35,842 nucleotides of DNA from positions 1 through 35,842 of the forward strand of contig JWZX01003089.1 in the NCBI GenBank assembly GCA_001275005.1, in the 5' to 3' direction. The first letter of the stretch is position 1. Every line of letters starts with the position of its first letter. The notes beneath the pieces are model-generated. The model was not told the origin of the DNA and made no database searches. It saw nothing but the letters and a program-made list of their open reading frames with translations. The position numbers and the translations under genes were made by a program. This stretch comes from Chrysochromulina tobinii (taxonomy: Eukaryota). Shown here in pieces: positions 10,715 to 21,386 of the stretch.

Positions 10715-11389
10715 TCAACAGCTGTGCTCAATAGTTGCCTCGTCCGCGGCCTGGCCCGCCTCGCCGGCCGCGGCGAGTGCCCCACGCATCGGATCCGTCG
10801 ATTGTCCAGGCGCGGGCAATGGTGCGGGCGATGGTGAGGGCGTCTCGGGCGCGGGCGCGGGCGCCCTGTCGTCCAGCCACAGCTCCAGTATGAGGCAGTC
10901 GTGATCGAGCGCGCCGTCATGATCGTGTGTTACGGCGCCTGCGTCGCTCGGCAGCAGCCCAGCCCGCCGACGATCGAGCACAGCCCGCCGCCGATCGTAC
11001 ATGCGGAAGCGACGGGGCCGCCGCGCTGTGAGCGGCGAGCCCGCCTTTTTATAAAACAGCACGTGGTCCACGTTGCGCTGGGGGGCGCGGTTGTCGGTGC
11101 CGTAGCGCCGCCGGCCCGCCCACAGCGCGACTTCCTGCGGCGACCACTTCTGCTTGTTTGCCTGCGTCCGCACACGAGTCGGATGGGGTTTCTCAGTGCG
11201 GCAGCCATCCAGCCGCACGTTTTTATCTGGGTCCAGCCGCTCGAAACCAACATAATCTGCAAGTTCAAGTTGATGCAAATCCAAGTTGAAATCTCCTGCT
11301 AGCACGCAGCCGAGGCAGTCGGCAGATTCATCGCAAGTGTCTCGAAGGTGCTTGCACAGCTCCTTCAAGCACAGTTGGCACGTATCCAA
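10715..11389 (-). pseudogene. C-terminal half of an endonuclease/exonuclease/phosphatase (EEP/APE-like) domain
   Basis: Motifs VLAGDFN, HPT, NVDHVLF and ALDHDCLILEL appear in EEP order. No N-terminal EEP motifs are seen, and upstream frames are broken. Confidence 0.6.
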
Positions 11390-11809
11390 TTTATCTTTGT
11401 GCGGACCATGCCAGGTGACCAGCAGAAAGTGGCTCCGCTGCCGCTCGGCTGCCGCCGCAGCTCCCGCGTGCGGCCAGCGACATCTTCCACTTTGCCTACT
11501 CTTAAGAGGGCATCCCCTTCATCTCCCTTGGCTCCCTTGGCAAGCTTCTTCTTCTTGGCGATCGCCTCATCCTTCAGACGCTTCGCCTCCTCCTTCTTCG
11601 CCTTCGCCGCCGCCTCTTTTTCCGCCTTAGCAGCGGCCACTTTCTCCTCTTCCGCCTTGGTAGAGAGGAAGGAGGACTTCAAAAGGAAAAATGCAGAGAT
11701 CCTGCCAGTTCACCCAACGCTGCCACTCGAGCTCGAGCGATTCGTCCTCGGCCGGGTTCCGCTCGTTGAGGCCCCAGGCGTCCTCCCACGAAGTGGCATC
11801 GGTACCCCC

Positions 11810-12450
11810 CTCGAGAGGTGGCTGCGACGGTGGCGGCTGCGGTGCCCGTGCCGCCATCACGGGTGCATGCTGCTCCGAAGCTCGTGCTTCACGACCTTGA
11901 CCAGCACACAGCCAGCCGCCTATCTTGGCCGAAGAGCTCTGGAGCTGCTCCACCGTGGCACTGCCGATTGGGAGCAGATGGAAGTCCTCGAAGTTGCGGA
12001 GCGCCGTCGCGAGCTCGCCCTCAGTATACTCCGGGGGTGCCCTCAGTATCGCCCTCAGTATACTCCGGGGGCCTCGGCCACTGAAACCTTCACCCTGAGC
12101 GGGCGCGGGAGCGGGCGGATAACTTGGCATCCCCCCCGAGCGGGCGCTGCTCGACATCTCTTGGTACGCCTCGGCAGCGATGTGAGCTGCCATGTTATCT
12201 GCCGCGATATCCGCAGCGAGCACGCCGTACTCGATGCCGGCGTCGTGTGGGCCAGGGGCGGTCGGCATGAATGATCGTTCCCTGTAGACAAGTGTAAAGC
12301 CTTTGGCTGTTGAGTCCGTCATGACAGCACGTTCGTCGGCGGCAGCGATGTGAGCTGCCATGTTATCTGCCGCGATATCCGCAGCGAGCACGCCGTACTG
12401 GATGCCGGCGTCATGTGGGCCAGGGGCGGTCGGCATGAATGATCGTTGCT
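11810..12450 (-). repeat. Paralogous copies of the PARP-OTU gene linker modules within a chimeric ORF (11627-12436)
   Basis: 11818-11939 is near-identical to 15656-15777 (SSSAKIGGWL..EQHAPVMAARAPQPPPSQP). 12172-12445 repeats 15919-16140 (PTAPGxHDAGIEYGVLAAD..DERAVMTDSTAxGFTLVYRE). Confidence 0.9.
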
Positions 12451-12655
12451 CTCTGTGATTTCTCTGTGAAGCCTCTCTCTGAGTCGCGGGGTTGATTCTT
12501 TATAGCCGGAGAAACGCATGTGCAAACGGCTACACCGTACAGCGAGGCGCATACCGTGGTAACAAACCGTTTGTCATGTCCTATCATCAATCGCACTCCG
12601 CCACATCGACTGCCAAAGCTGTCCTCCGTGCTCTACTTCGTCAGCCTCTCGACCC

Positions 12656-13030
12656 TCAGTCCAGTCGCGCAGACAGCAGCGACCTGTGCCGCTCACGTTC
12701 GCGCCTCAACTCCACCCGGCCTCCGGCATACAAGCCAGTGTAGATGCGGCTGCCATCGCCGTTGAATCGGAGAGAGAGCACGGGCCCTCCGAGGCCAGTA
12801 ACCACATTATGAAGCACGCGCTGCTGGCACCCGAGCTGGAGGGTGGCGCTCGGACTCGCCGACCACACTCGCACGCACTGGTCCTGACCCCCCGAGGCCA
12901 GCAGCTGCCCATCGGTGTCGCCAAAAGCTAGGGAGAGCACGTAGCCAGCATGGTCAAGGCAAGTGCCCAAGACGGCGTCCCAGATCGAGATGCACAATGC
13001 GTTCGAGCGCCAGGTGATTCCTAAGGCACT
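12656..13030 (-). pseudogene. WD40-repeat fragment
   Basis: ISIWD...HAGYVLSLAF...LLASGGQDQCVRVW...GPVLSLRFNGDGSRIYTG. It has no ATG start and is out of frame with the upstream gene's last exon. Confidence 0.65.
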
Positions 13031-16000
13031 AGTGGGGCACCCTCAGTTGGCTCGCTGCTGAAGCCGCCGCCTGCAGCTCCGGCAGCATCACCAAACGACG
13101 CCGGCGCGTCGCTGAAGCCACTGCTTACCGCACCGAAGCCACTGTCATCACCGCCGAAACTGATGTCACCACTGCCGAAGCCGCCATCTGCGCTGCTGAA
13201 GCCGCCATCTGCGCTGCTGAAGCCGCCATCTGCGCTGCTGAAGCCGCCGTCGGTGCTGCCGAAGCCGCCGTCGGTGCTGCCGAAGCCACCGTCGCCATCG
13301 CCGTCGCCACCGTCAAAGCCGCAGTCTGCAGCTCCTGCAGCATCACCAAACGACGCTGGTGCATCGCCACCGCCGAAGCCGCTATCCTCATCGCCGAAGC
13401 CGCCGTCTGCGCTGCCAAAGCCGCCGTCGTCACCGCCGAAGCCGCTGTCCCCATCGCCGAAGCCGCCGTCTGCGCTGCCAAAGCCGCCGTCGTCACCGCC
13501 GAAGCCGCTGTCCCCATCGCCGAAGCCGCCGTCTGCGCTGCCAAAGCCGCCGTCGTCACCGCCGAAGCCGCTATCCCCATCGCCAAAGCCGCCGTTGGCA
13601 CCACCGAAGCCGCCAACTGCGCTGCCGAGGCCGCCGTAGGAGAGGCCACTGGCCACTTTGAGTGGGCTGGACGTCCTTGATGGCGGGGTTGGCAGTTTGG
13701 TGAGCACATCAGCATACGTGGGGCTCCGTCTGCCGGGCGGGGTTGTGGCAACGATCACGGCCGGGCGGGGGAGTGGGGGAGCGACTAGCGATGGTGTGGC
13801 CGGTAGTGGGGCGGGGGCCGACAGAATCGCGTCGACCTCAGCCTCAATCTCGCAGCGACGATCCAGTGACGGCACGCCGCCGACCGGGCTGCTGTCGCCT
13901 GTGGACGACTGGAAGGCAAGGAAGCCCACCTGTGGGGAGGGAGGGCGCCGTGGTGAGCACTTGCATGCAGGCTGCTGTCTCCATTAGACGACAGGAAGGC
14001 GAGGACACCCACCTGCTTCGGCGCTCTGTCATGGCGCCGTCGTGTCGGCTTCTCGGGTTTCGAAGAGGGTTCGGCAGGACGCTCGGCCGGACGCGACAAC
14101 TCAACAGAGCCAATCTCCGCGCCGCGCCACGCCCTTTTTGGATCCACCGACGGCGTGAACGGAGGGGGACGAAATGGCTGCGCCTTGAAGGACTGCTCGC
14201 GCGTGGGCGGACCAGGTGGCTGAGCCGACCACGCGCTGCTCAAGTGGCTGAGGCCTGTCTCCGGCGAACCGGCTGCCGACTGGGCCACGGACATCGCTGG
14301 GGAGAAGGAGACGGGAGGTTGCCTCGACAACTCCGGGTACTCGACAGCGGGCGCAGTTGGGCGACCATCCGCGCTGAGGACGTTCGCGACCGTCGCGTCT
14401 ATCTGCTGCTGCAGCACCCCGATCTCGGCCGTGAGCTGCGAGAGCCCCAAGTGCAACGGCGCCACCTGCTTCGACTCTACATGCGCCTGCTGCAGCAGCA
14501 GCGCCTGCGATTGCTTGAGCGCGCGCACCTCTTCACGCGCCGTGCTGAGCGCCCGGTTGAGCGCGTGCGCCTCGTCAAGCTGGGAAGCCATCCTCGTCTG
14601 CACCGCGGTCACCTCCCTCGCCAGCGCCTCGAGCTCTTGTGTGGCCGAATGCAGCTCGTGCTGCTTCTCGCGCAGTGTGCCCGCATACGAGTCGCATTGG
14701 CCTCGGAGGGACGCGAGTCGGCGCAGGCACCACTCATGCTCCTTGGCGACCGCCGCGCGCTGCTGCTCGGTCGCCGCGATGCGCAGCTTGAGCTCCTCTG
14801 CTTCGCGATGGCGTGCGGCCACGTGCACCGACACAGCCTGGAGGGCCCCCTTGGAGTCCCCGAGCTCGCGCACACGCCCCTCGAGCTCAATCGCTTGGAG
14901 CTGTATCTCGCCCGAGCTCGCTCGCTCCAGCGCGTCCCTCGCCGAGGCATGGTCGGCGCGGAGCGTAAGCTTTCCCTCTCCGACGAGTTTATGACGAATC
15001 TCGAGCGTTCTTTTCCATGCTCGGCACAATCGACGGGCTGCCCAGTGGGCCGCAAACGCTTCAAGCAAAAGCGGCTTGAACTGCCTAACGTGCAGAAGAT
15101 GCCGAAGGTTGTATGCATGCCCAAAGAAGATAAGCCCCATTTTGGGTGGCGGCAGCTCCGGTCTGGGTAGGCCCCCACGCGCGATGGGCGCTGGACCCAT
15201 TCGCTCCAGAACGAAGTAGTGCTGTGCCGCTTGGTCGTGAGCCATGCATACGTCGCGTGTCTCATCGTTGCGTATCAGCGGCGCGAAAGTTCTATCGTGA
15301 TCTTCGGACCGGCCGTATACCCTGATGCGCACGTTGAAGGTTTTGGCCGCCGCCATGAGTTCGATTTCACCCTCGACGTACGTGCCCTCTATTGAAGTGT
15401 TGTCGACATACGAGTCAAAGTCTTTGTAGTTGATATCAGAGTAAATGTGCACAAACTGCTCGAACTCTTCGCGGTGCTCACGCATGTACCGAATGGTCTC
15501 TTGGCGCGCGCGACCGTGCAGCTGTTCGTCCCCATCCACCTGCTTCGCAAGCGCACGGAAGAAGCAGTTGCCGTCACCGACCACGTCCACTCGCTGCCAA
15601 CCGTCGGCTTGGAGAGCATCGAGGCGACGACTCAGCTCGGTATCCCCCTCAGAATGTGGCTGCGACGGTGGCGGCTGCGGTGCCCGTGCCGCCATCACGG
15701 GTGCATGCTGCTCCGAAGCTCGTGCTTCACGACCTTGACCAGCCCGCAGCCAGCCGCCTATCTTGGCCGAAGAGCTCGAGGCCGGCACCACTGATGGTTG
15801 CCGAGAGTCTGCCTCGGAAGCGTTCATGGAAGGCAGCCGGGAGGGCGAGAAATCTGGCCACGCGTTCTGCTGCTGCTCTTGATAAGGGAGAATGGTGGCC
15901 TCGGACGAGCCGACCAGGGTAAAGCCTTCGGCTGTTGAGTCCGTCATGACAGCATGTTCGTCGGCGGCAGCGATGTGTAGAGCTGCCATGTTATCTGCCG

Positions 16001-18470
16001 CGCTATCCGCAGCGAGCACGCCGTACTCGATGCCGGCGTCGTGTGCGCCAGGGGCGGTGGGCGGCGGCATGAATGATTGCTCTCTGTAGACAAGTGTAAA
16101 GCCTTCGGCTGTTGAGTCCGTCATGACAGCACGTTCGTCGTCCATGTCCAAACGGCCGATGCAGTTGCGCACATCCTCTTCGAATTTGGGATCGGTCGAA
16201 TCCTGTGGAAGCGTGTCCGCACGGGTGTACACTCCGTTAGGAAAGGCGAAGAGGAAGCGCGTGACGACGGCGTTCTCCTCGGGCGCCACCCAGATGGCTT
16301 GTGTCTTCCTGAGCGAGGGCACCTGCGCCACCTCGCATAGCGCCAAGAGATTGAGCTCGCTGCCTGCGAGGAAGGCATTTCCGCCCGCGGCGGCGCCGGC
16401 GGAAATGGCGGCGGCGGCGGATGCGGATACTACCCCGCCGGCGGCGGCGGAAAATACCCCGGATCTGCGCATGGCGAATCCCAAAGACATAATGGCGCTC
16501 GTCGAGAGGTAGACGCCTGCGCCGTACGCCGCGCCCGTGGTCATGAGCTTCGTGTTCGACAGGTTGCGAAGCCCCGTGCGCAAAATCGAGTGCCAATTCT
16601 CTGAGCTTGAGCCGTGCCATGCGAACTTGGAGCCATGCTGCCGCTTGAGCTCCTCGAAGGCCGCCTGCCGTTCGGGCGGTGCCGAGAGCATCACAAACTG
16701 ATGGCGTGTGCCCAGCGACGCGAGCTTGAGCGCCTCGGGCACGGAGACAAGGTGGGCGCGATTCGAACTGACGATCCACTCAAACAGGCCGAGGGCCAGC
16801 GGGTGCTGTGCGTCCATGAGCCTCCGAAGCCCCTCTGTCCCGTCTCCATACGCCGCCGCGTTGATGCGCTCGAAGGCAGGGAATCTCCCGAGGATCTCGC
16901 GTGTCAACGGCAAATTGGGCTTCTCGGGATCGAGGGCGAGCACCGACGAGCCGCGCTGTGCCGGCACCCACGGCATGGGCGTCAGGATATCGGCAGCCCG
17001 CGCCGAGGTCGCAGCCAGCGTGGTGGTGGCAATAAGAAGGTCGAGCACCTCTGCATGCGCCACCATGCGCCACCATGCCTCGCCGACGAGCAGCCTGCCA
17101 AAATTGGCAAACTGGTGCTTGCACAGTGGCCGTTGGCACACCGTCGGTTGGAGCATCGCGCCAAACGGATGCGGCTCGTCGCAGATGGCGCAGTAGGCGT
17201 TGAGCGATCGCAGCCGACTGATGACGTACGAGATGGTTGCTGGCGCCGGGCGAACGAAGTCGAGAGCCTCCTCGCGCGCTCTGTGCCGGCTGTCCATGCG
17301 ACGCGGCATCACGCTCGTGAGGCTTGCATGGCTGCCACTGCTGCTGCCACCGTATTCCAATGCTGCCAGTGCTGCTGCCGCCGAGCAGTCCGCAGGCGAG
17401 ACTGCGCCCAAGGAGGCGACACTGCGCCAAACTCGAGCTGCCACCGCCGAGAGATTGGATCTTTCCTTCTGAGATTGGATCTGAGATTGGATCTGAGATG
17501 CGGTGGATCCAATCTCAGATCCAATCTCGAGATTGGATCTTTCCTTCTTGATGACAAGCTCTTCGCCGCCGCGCATCGCTTCTGCAGCAAGAGCCTCCCA
17601 AAAGACTTGGATGATGCGTAGCAGCTGTTGCGCGACGATGCAACCGTCGTCGTTCGCCGCGATTGCCGTGCCATCCTCGCCACGACCCGGGTGCCACAGC
17701 GTCGCCTTGTCGATGCGCCGACTCTCGTACGCCGCGCTGTCCTCAAAGGACAGGGTGAGCTGAAGCGTGCTGTGCAGGCCCCACGCGGTGCACACATCCC
17801 TCGGGATCACCTTGAACGGCTCAAAGATGAAGTGGAGTACCTGAGGCGCCGAGAGACCGTCCAGCCGCGTGAAAGTCACGCTGCCCTCGCCGAACAGCTC
17901 GTGGCAAAGCCGCACATCGTCGTCCATGTTGTCGGTGGCCACATCGCCCGACAGGAGGCCAAGTTGTACCTCATCCTCCGCATCCGACGCATCTGACACC
18001 TGATCGGACTGCTGCGAACTCTTCGTGTCGGCGGTGCCACTCCTGCGTGGCGCCAAGTAGCGCTTCTCCTCGCACATCTCACAGCGTAGCAGCGCAACAA
18101 GCCCCTCGGTGCTGTGCTCGTGCCCGCAATTTTCGCACGTCCACGGTGTGGGGGCCGTCGTCGGAGGCGGCATAGGCGGCGCCCCTTCGGCTGGGGGCAG
18201 TGCCATCACTGGGCTACACCGCCTCCTGACTGCCCTGACATGGGCGTCGGCGTCCCCGGTTTCGTACGTGTCGTCGTCATCTGTCACGAACGTCTTCTTG
18301 TCCCACTCCTCCTTCTGCAGCGCCAGGGCGAGACCCTCATCGATGAGGGCGAGGCTACTGCCTAGAGATGCACGTCCAGCATTTGGCGGCTGATCCATGC
18401 ATGCAAGAAGCTCGCTCTCGACCTCAAAGTCGACTTCTTCTGAGGCGGCTCGAGCGCGGGGGATGGCCAT
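13021..18470 (-). CDS. Multidomain protein (~1788 aa): ubiquitin-binding-like helix, RanBP2/NZF zinc finger, PARP6/8-like ADP-ribosyltransferase, OTU deubiquitinase, coiled coil and Gly/Asp/Phe repeats; exons 18470-14013, 13929-13021
   Basis: DEGLALALQKEE; WTCENC..RCEMC; YCAICDEPH..PTVCQRPLC (PARP6/8 Cys-rich); FAWHGSSSENWHSILRTGL..GAGVYLS..ALCEV..IWVAP..VVTRFLF; VGDGNCFFRAL..GEIELMAAA..QHYFVL. The phase-0 intron 13930-14012 joins PKQ|VGF. Confidence 0.8.
13100..13620 (-). repeat. Coding low-complexity array (21/63-nt units; DGGFGSA/GDGDSGFG)
   Basis: GAAGCCGCC units repeat with 21-nt periodicity. Confidence 0.9.
13930..14012 (-). other. GT-AG intron made of a copy of the downstream exon start plus a shared 3'-splice-site cassette
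   Basis: Intron start GTGGGTGTCCTCGCCTTCCTGTCGTCTAATGGAGACAGCAGCC resembles exon start GTGGGCTTCCTTGCCTTCCAGTCGTCCACAGGCGACAGCAGCC. The intron ends TGCATGCAAGTGCTCACCACGGCGCCCTCCCTCCCCACAG. Confidence 0.85.
17451..17548. repeat. 78-nt in-frame insertion: 20-bp direct repeat around an inverted (GAGATTGGATCT)n hairpin
   Basis: GAGATTGGATCTTTCCTTCT occurs at 17451 and 17529. The interior GAGATTGGAT units face ATCCAATCTC units. Confidence 0.85.
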
Positions 18471-18680
18471 GTTGAAAGTCGAGCGACCCTGCAGCACAGC
18501 TGTGAAACACACCTCTCCCCTCATTGCGACGCAGATGCGTCTGATTTGCGCGCAAATGCGACGGTTTTTCGGCGCTCGTGCGACGTCATCTGGCGACAAA
18601 GTCTTCTCTGTCCCCAAAGTCTTCTCTGTGACCGACCCTTCCTAGTTGCGTGACGCGGGTCGGCGGCTGTGGTCTTCGTC
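18471..18680. promoter_or_regulatory. Short divergent (bidirectional) intergenic region with a repeated CAAAGTCTTCTCTGT motif
   Basis: ~210 bp between ATGs on opposite strands. The 15-bp motif occurs at 18597 and 18615. Confidence 0.45.
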
Positions 18681-20834
18681 ATGTGGACGATGCGAAACAG
18701 GAAGCCCGTGCGCGTGCATGCGCGGCTCGTGGAAACAGTTGCACGCCTTCTCCCGCCCAGTAATTATGATATCCATACTCGGCGACGACCACAGCGCCAA
18801 GATACAGCACGGATAGTACACGAAGCGTTGAGCCAAGAGAGCGACTGGGCAGACATCACGCTCACACAAGTCAGCCATGCGCTTCGTATCCTTCGCTCAG
18901 GAGCACAATCTTGGGCTCAGGACGATGCTCGCAACAAGGCTATGGAGCACATTAAAGCTGGCGGCAAGCTCAAGAACCTTCCGAAAGCGTTTCGTGACGA
19001 TGAAGAGATAGTCTTGGCCGCCGTGTGCCGGGAGCCCGATATGCTTGCATCAGCATCGATTCGGTTGCGTAATTCTGAGGCGGTCGTGCGAGCTGCAGTG
19101 CAACTGCGCCGAGGAGTATTGCGGTTTGCGTCGACGTCGTTGCAACAGCAGTTCGGCAGCATTCATGCCATGCAAAGGGAAGCTGGAGGATGTGACGCAT
19201 CGTCTCCGAAATCTCGGCCGCAGCGCTGCTACAGCTGCGGTGTTTATCAGGGCATGCACACGGGATTCAGCGGTCCGCCTGGCTTCTACCCCGAACGCTG
19301 CTCTTTTGCGCGAGCGCAGTTCAAGCGTGCGGAAAGTCGACGGCGCTGTCGTGACTGCACCCGGGTCTTTAAGCCTTTGCGCACGGAGGCAGAGCTGACA
19401 GCTGGCGAGGAGCGGGTACATGAGTGGAGAGAGAAATTGGAGATCACCCGCGGCAATTCCGGCTTGCTGGATCAGCTACCAGACACTGTATTTGATCTGA
19501 TCTGCCAGGCTCTCTCCCGTGATGAGCCGCCCTGGCCCTCGTATGAAGCTCCGCGTGTGATCATTCCGCAGCTTCACGACAGGCATCTGCCTGACAACGC
19601 CGTGGATGATCCTGAGTTTATGCCTGACACGGAGGAAGGGGAGGAGAGGGAGGAAGGTGGGGAGGAGGATAGTGATAGCGAGGAGGACGACGACGACGAG
19701 GAGAGCGAGTCGGAGGACGAGTCGGAAGATGGCAACCTTGCAGAGGAGATTTCGTCACCAAACCTTGGACGGGAGCTCCCGCCACCACACTCTTTGCACC
19801 TGCACGGCTGTTCTTCACTCGCAACCGTCTCGCGCAGCATCCACTCTCTCGTTGCCTCTTGGGCAGCCTCCACGATTGAGAAGCTTCGCCAGGTGATCGC
19901 CACAGATGAGCGCATGGCATATGCACGGCTCGAGCTGCAGCGCCAGGCACTCAACGAGGAACGGCGCCTGCGCGAGGAGACAACGTTACCCCCACACAGC
20001 TCTCGGAGTCATCACGCCAGCCGATTTGAGGTTCATCCACTGCTCCGTATGTGGGGCACCGAGGCGGTGTGCGCGCTTGAAGGACTCATTCTTGACAGCT
20101 TTGATGCAGTCTGCATGCGTATGGGCCCGGGTCTGGACGCATTCTTAAGTTTCATGCGGGGTGATGGCGACTCTTCGGACGGCTTTTCGCGCTGGTCGTT
20201 GCTCGATGGCGAAGGGAGGCGAGCAGTAGATGCAGCTTCAGCATGTGACGGCCAAGTCTTCCTTTTGCTTGACAGGAGCCGGCAGAATGATCCGTGCGGC
20301 AGCCGTACATTGCCCAAGCTTCGCCTTGTCTGGCCGATGGCCAATCCTCATTGCCCTAGTCGTGGCTCGGAGGATCTTGATGAGGTCGTGCCAATGGAAT
20401 GGGAAGCTTCCAACTTTTTCTTCGATATGGAGCAGGACGATGCTTCCCTTTACACGGATTGCACAGGAGGCGACTCCCCTTGTCAAGGACGTACTTGGTG
20501 GCTCGAGCAGAATTATGGACGGGGCTGGGGCCATCGGAAGGACCGGCCCAAAACAGTGGGTGAGTTTTGCCGCGAAGAATCTGAAGAGACGCCAGGGTGC
20601 TCACCTTACGGACTTCACATGAATCCTGTCATCAGAAGTACTGGCCAGAATGAGTGGCAGCCGATCATGCCGGGATATATGCAAAAATCGTGGTACCACG
20701 AGCTTCCAAATGCACACTCAATTGCTTTCTACAGCTCCCTTACAAATAGCGGGCCTGTGTTCCTTGCACCAGTTGCAGAGTACATGCAGCTGGTCTATCC
20801 ATGGTTACCTGTACCTGACCCCCTAACCTCGTAA
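18681..20834 (+). CDS. Hypothetical protein with DUF4116-like repeats, a C4 zinc finger (Stc1-like), an F-box-like motif and an acidic tract; intronless
   Basis: FRDDEEIVLAAV..LRNSEAVVRAAV..LRFAS; CYSC...FARAQF..RRCRDC; LLDQLPDTVFDLICQAL; D/E run. The ORF is long and of normal composition. Confidence 0.7.
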   Translation: MWTMRNRKPVRVHARLVETVARLLPPSNYDIHTRRRPQRQDTARIVHEALSQESDWADITLTQVSHALRILRSGAQSWAQDDARNKAMEHIKAGGKLKNLPKAFRDDEEIVLAAVCREPDMLASASIRLRNSEAVVRAAVQLRRGVLRFASTSLQQQFGSIHAMQREAGGCDASSPKSRPQRCYSCGVYQGMHTGFSGPPGFYPERCSFARAQFKRAESRRRCRDCTRVFKPLRTEAELTAGEERVHEWREKLEITRGNSGLLDQLPDTVFDLICQALSRDEPPWPSYEAPRVIIPQLHDRHLPDNAVDDPEFMPDTEEGEEREEGGEEDSDSEEDDDDEESESEDESEDGNLAEEISSPNLGRELPPPHSLHLHGCSSLATVSRSIHSLVASWAASTIEKLRQVIATDERMAYARLELQRQALNEERRLREETTLPPHSSRSHHASRFEVHPLLRMWGTEAVCALEGLILDSFDAVCMRMGPGLDAFLSFMRGDGDSSDGFSRWSLLDGEGRRAVDAASACDGQVFLLLDRSRQNDPCGSRTLPKLRLVWPMANPHCPSRGSEDLDEVVPMEWEASNFFFDMEQDDASLYTDCTGGDSPCQGRTWWLEQNYGRGWGHRKDRPKTVGEFCREESEETPGCSPYGLHMNPVIRSTGQNEWQPIMPGYMQKSWYHELPNAHSIAFYSSLTNSGPVFLAPVAEYMQLVYPWLPVPDPLTS

Positions 20835-21330
20835 TACTTGTTACTTCGGTACCCCGCCCTAGCGGCCGGGGTGTTAGCTGTTACGACCGCAACCGATCTA
20901 AGATGTACCGCAGTAAGTCGGTAATATGAGCTCTATAAACGTGTTGCAGTGTGTGAAAAAGTGAACTTCGCGTCGGTGTCCGAGGTCTGATTAAAAAATC
21001 TTTCTGTTTGTCTTTGCTCGGGCACTACTCGCTCACGCCGGCGGGCCTCCTCGGAATGGGACTGCGCGCTGATCGCCATACGATCGTCTTGCAAAAGGGG
21101 TGTCACATGCTCACATGACTTATGAATGCTTGCCGAAAACATCCAAGCACGAAGCCGAGCCCGCGCGACCGCGTAACGCGCGACACCGAGTCACCGACAG
21201 CCCGCGCCGATTCAAAAGTTCATTTTATTAGAATCATTATTACTTCAGTGTCGTCCCTCACTTGACTCTGGATCATATTCAACTGATCTATCCGAGTGCT
21301 GGCCTATCTAAAAATATCTAGCAGTATATC

Positions 21331-21382
21331 TCTTGCCGTTCTGAGGAGGTTCACGATCTTGCCGTTCTGAGGAGGTTCACGA
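21331..21382. repeat. Perfect 26-bp tandem duplication
   Basis: TCTTGCCGTTCTGAGGAGGTTCACGA x2, just 3' of the minus-strand Cys-rich gene. Confidence 0.95.
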
Positions 21383-21386
21383 TCGC

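Noticed and set aside
10715..11389. EEP fragment as the endonuclease of the LINE at 1300-4510
   Set aside because: It is on the opposite strand, 6 kb away with two genes in between, and there is no adjacent RT. No link can be supported.
13785..14012. C-terminus of the 1610-aa ORF as given in the track
   Set aside because: It reads through the intron at 13930-14012. The spliced frame continues to 13021.
13743..15170. 475-aa plus-strand ORF and many similar R/A/P-rich ORFs across the window
   Set aside because: They are antisense or alternative-frame shadows of real genes in high-GC DNA and have no motifs.
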